A DNA stretch of 64,000 nucleotides. Origin: Gammaproteobacteria bacterium. Its GTDB lineage: Bacteria > Pseudomonadota > Gammaproteobacteria > JBCCGL01. The position numbers and the translations under genes were made by a program. Each line of letters opens with the position of its first letter. Position 1 is the first letter of the stretch. The DNA is taken from the NCBI GenBank assembly GCA_965277715.1, contig OZ255836.1, forward strand, positions 3,597,254 to 3,661,253. Direction: 5' to 3'. Shown here one piece after another: positions 62,578 through 64,000 of this stretch. The notes below the pieces were generated by a model. That model saw only the letters and a program-made list of their open reading frames with translations. It was not told the origin of the DNA and did not search any database.

Positions 62578-64000
62578 ATGACTGCAACAGCTGCGGATCT
62601 GGCGCACCACGACGACCACCACGAAGAGCATGCGTATGGGTGGAAGCGTTGGTTATTTACCACTAATCATAAAGACATAGGCACACTCTACCTGTGGTTT
62701 AGCTTGTTGATGTTTTTCGTCGGCGGGGCGATGGCCCTGATTATCCGCGCCGAACTGTTTGAACCGGGTATGCAAATCGCCGATCCAGATTTTTTCAACC
62801 AGATGACCACTATGCATGCGCTGGTGATGATCTTTGGTGTGGTGATGCCTGCCACAGTAGGGCTTGCCAACTGGCTGATTCCAATGATGATCGGTGGGCC
62901 GGATATGGCGTTGCCACGCATGAACAATTGGTCGTTCTGGATTCTCCCCTTTGCTTTTACGCTGCTGCTCAGCACGCTGTTTATGGACAGCGGCGGCCCG
63001 GCGGGTGGCTGGACACTGTATCCACCCCTGGTGCTTCAGGGAGGGGATGGCTTTGCCTTCGCGATTTTCTCCATTCACTTTATGGGGCTCTCCTCGGTGA
63101 TGGGGTCGATCAATATCATCGCCACTATCTTTAATATGCGCGCCCCCGGCATGACATTGATGAAAATGCCGTTATTTGTATGGACCTGGATGATCACCGC
63201 CTTCCTGCTAATTGCGACTATCCCGGTATTTGCCGGTGCGGTCACCATGTTGCTGACGGATCGTTTCTTCGATACCAGCTTTTTTAGCGCCGCTGGTGGT
63301 GGTGACCCGGTGATGTACCAACATATCTTCTGGTTTTTTGGACACCCTGAAGTCTATATTTTGATCCTGCCTGCCTTTGGTATTGTCTCGCAAATTATCC
63401 CCACCTTTGCGCGTAAACGACTGTTTGGTTACGACTCAATGGTCTATGCGACGGCATCGATTGCCTTCCTATCATTTATCGTCTGGGCGCACCATATGTT
63501 TACTGTGGGTATGCCACTGGCGGGCGAGCTGTTTTTTATGTTCAGTACCATGATGATCGCCGTTCCAACTGGTGTGAAAGTGTTCAACTGGATTGCCACC
63601 ATGTGGCGCGGTTCCATGACATTTGAAACTCCTATGCTGTTCGCGGTCGGTTTTGTTGTTATGTTCACCTTTGGTGGGTTTTCAGGGTTGATGATGGCGA
63701 TTACGCCGGTCGATATTCAATACCACGACACCTACTTTATTGTGGCCCATTTTCACTACGTACTCGTTCCTGGGGCTATCTTCGCCACCCTGGGTGCCGT
63801 GTACTACTGGATTCCAAAATGGACTGGCAATATGTACGATGAAACACTGGGTAAGTGGCATTTCTGGTTATCGACAATTTTTGTCAACCTGCTGTTCTTC
63901 CCTATGCACTTTGTTGGCTTGGCCGGTATGCCACGACGTATTCCCGACTACCATATGCAGTTTGCCGACATGAATGCGGTGGCTTCCATCGGCGCGTTTG
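62578..64000 (+). CDS. coxA: cytochrome c oxidase subunit I, 3'-truncated at window edge
   Basis: Preceded by an AGGAG SD. Contains HKDIGTLYLWF and the HPEVYILILPAFG heme-copper motifs. The ORF continues past position 64000. Confidence 0.9.
   Translation, partial: MTATAADLAHHDDHHEEHAYGWKRWLFTTNHKDIGTLYLWFSLLMFFVGGAMALIIRAELFEPGMQIADPDFFNQMTTMHALVMIFGVVMPATVGLANWLIPMMIGGPDMALPRMNNWSFWILPFAFTLLLSTLFMDSGGPAGGWTLYPPLVLQGGDGFAFAIFSIHFMGLSSVMGSINIIATIFNMRAPGMTLMKMPLFVWTWMITAFLLIATIPVFAGAVTMLLTDRFFDTSFFSAAGGGDPVMYQHIFWFFGHPEVYILILPAFGIVSQIIPTFARKRLFGYDSMVYATASIAFLSFIVWAHHMFTVGMPLAGELFFMFSTMMIAVPTGVKVFNWIATMWRGSMTFETPMLFAVGFVVMFTFGGFSGLMMAITPVDIQYHDTYFIVAHFHYVLVPGAIFATLGAVYYWIPKWTGNMYDETLGKWHFWLSTIFVNLLFFPMHFVGLAGMPRRIPDYHMQFADMNAVASIGAF

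Overview
This 64 kb window is a gammaproteobacterial chromosomal segment with roughly 50% GC. The flavin monooxygenase looks Methylophaga-like, and the pilMNOPQ-aroK-aroB-SPOR-gltB block resembles the Pseudomonas arrangement. Coding density is high. Housekeeping genes recognised directly from the translations are rfbC (partial), rhlB-trxA-rho, purD, pilMNOPQ, aroK, aroB, gltB, gltD, hemE, mrcA (PBP1A), rpsU, tsaD, plsY, dnaG, rsmE and coxB/coxA (partial).

Several regions look accessory:
- A DmsABC-like molybdoenzyme operon whose catalytic and Fe-S subunits carry no Tat or Sec signal.
- An NCS2 nucleobase permease bracketed by a roughly 60 bp direct repeat.
- An amine- or osmolyte-related cluster: GNAT, PhyH dioxygenase, Tmm-like FMO, MmgE/PrpD, a TAXI-TRAP transporter, DUF255, and a non-pyrrolysine MttB-family methyltransferase.
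- A VapBC toxin-antitoxin pair.

Structure not explained by the genes:
- A MITE-like element with 18-20 bp terminal inverted repeats in at least two copies, at 33660-33713 and 54389-54563, plus a 12-mer core remnant at 38525. It abuts or contains the stop codons of vapC, mrcA and hemE.
- Two paralogous copies of a 45 nt SD/start-codon-sequestering hairpin module in the 650 bp purD leader region. The two stems differ by compensatory changes.
- A gene-order pattern suggesting the gltB...ponA/hemE-gltD block is circularly permuted and sits between yqeY and dnaG. This splits both gltBD and rpsU-yqeY-dnaG, and the MITE sits at the novel ponA|hemE junction.

No CRISPR array, tRNA or rRNA was seen.
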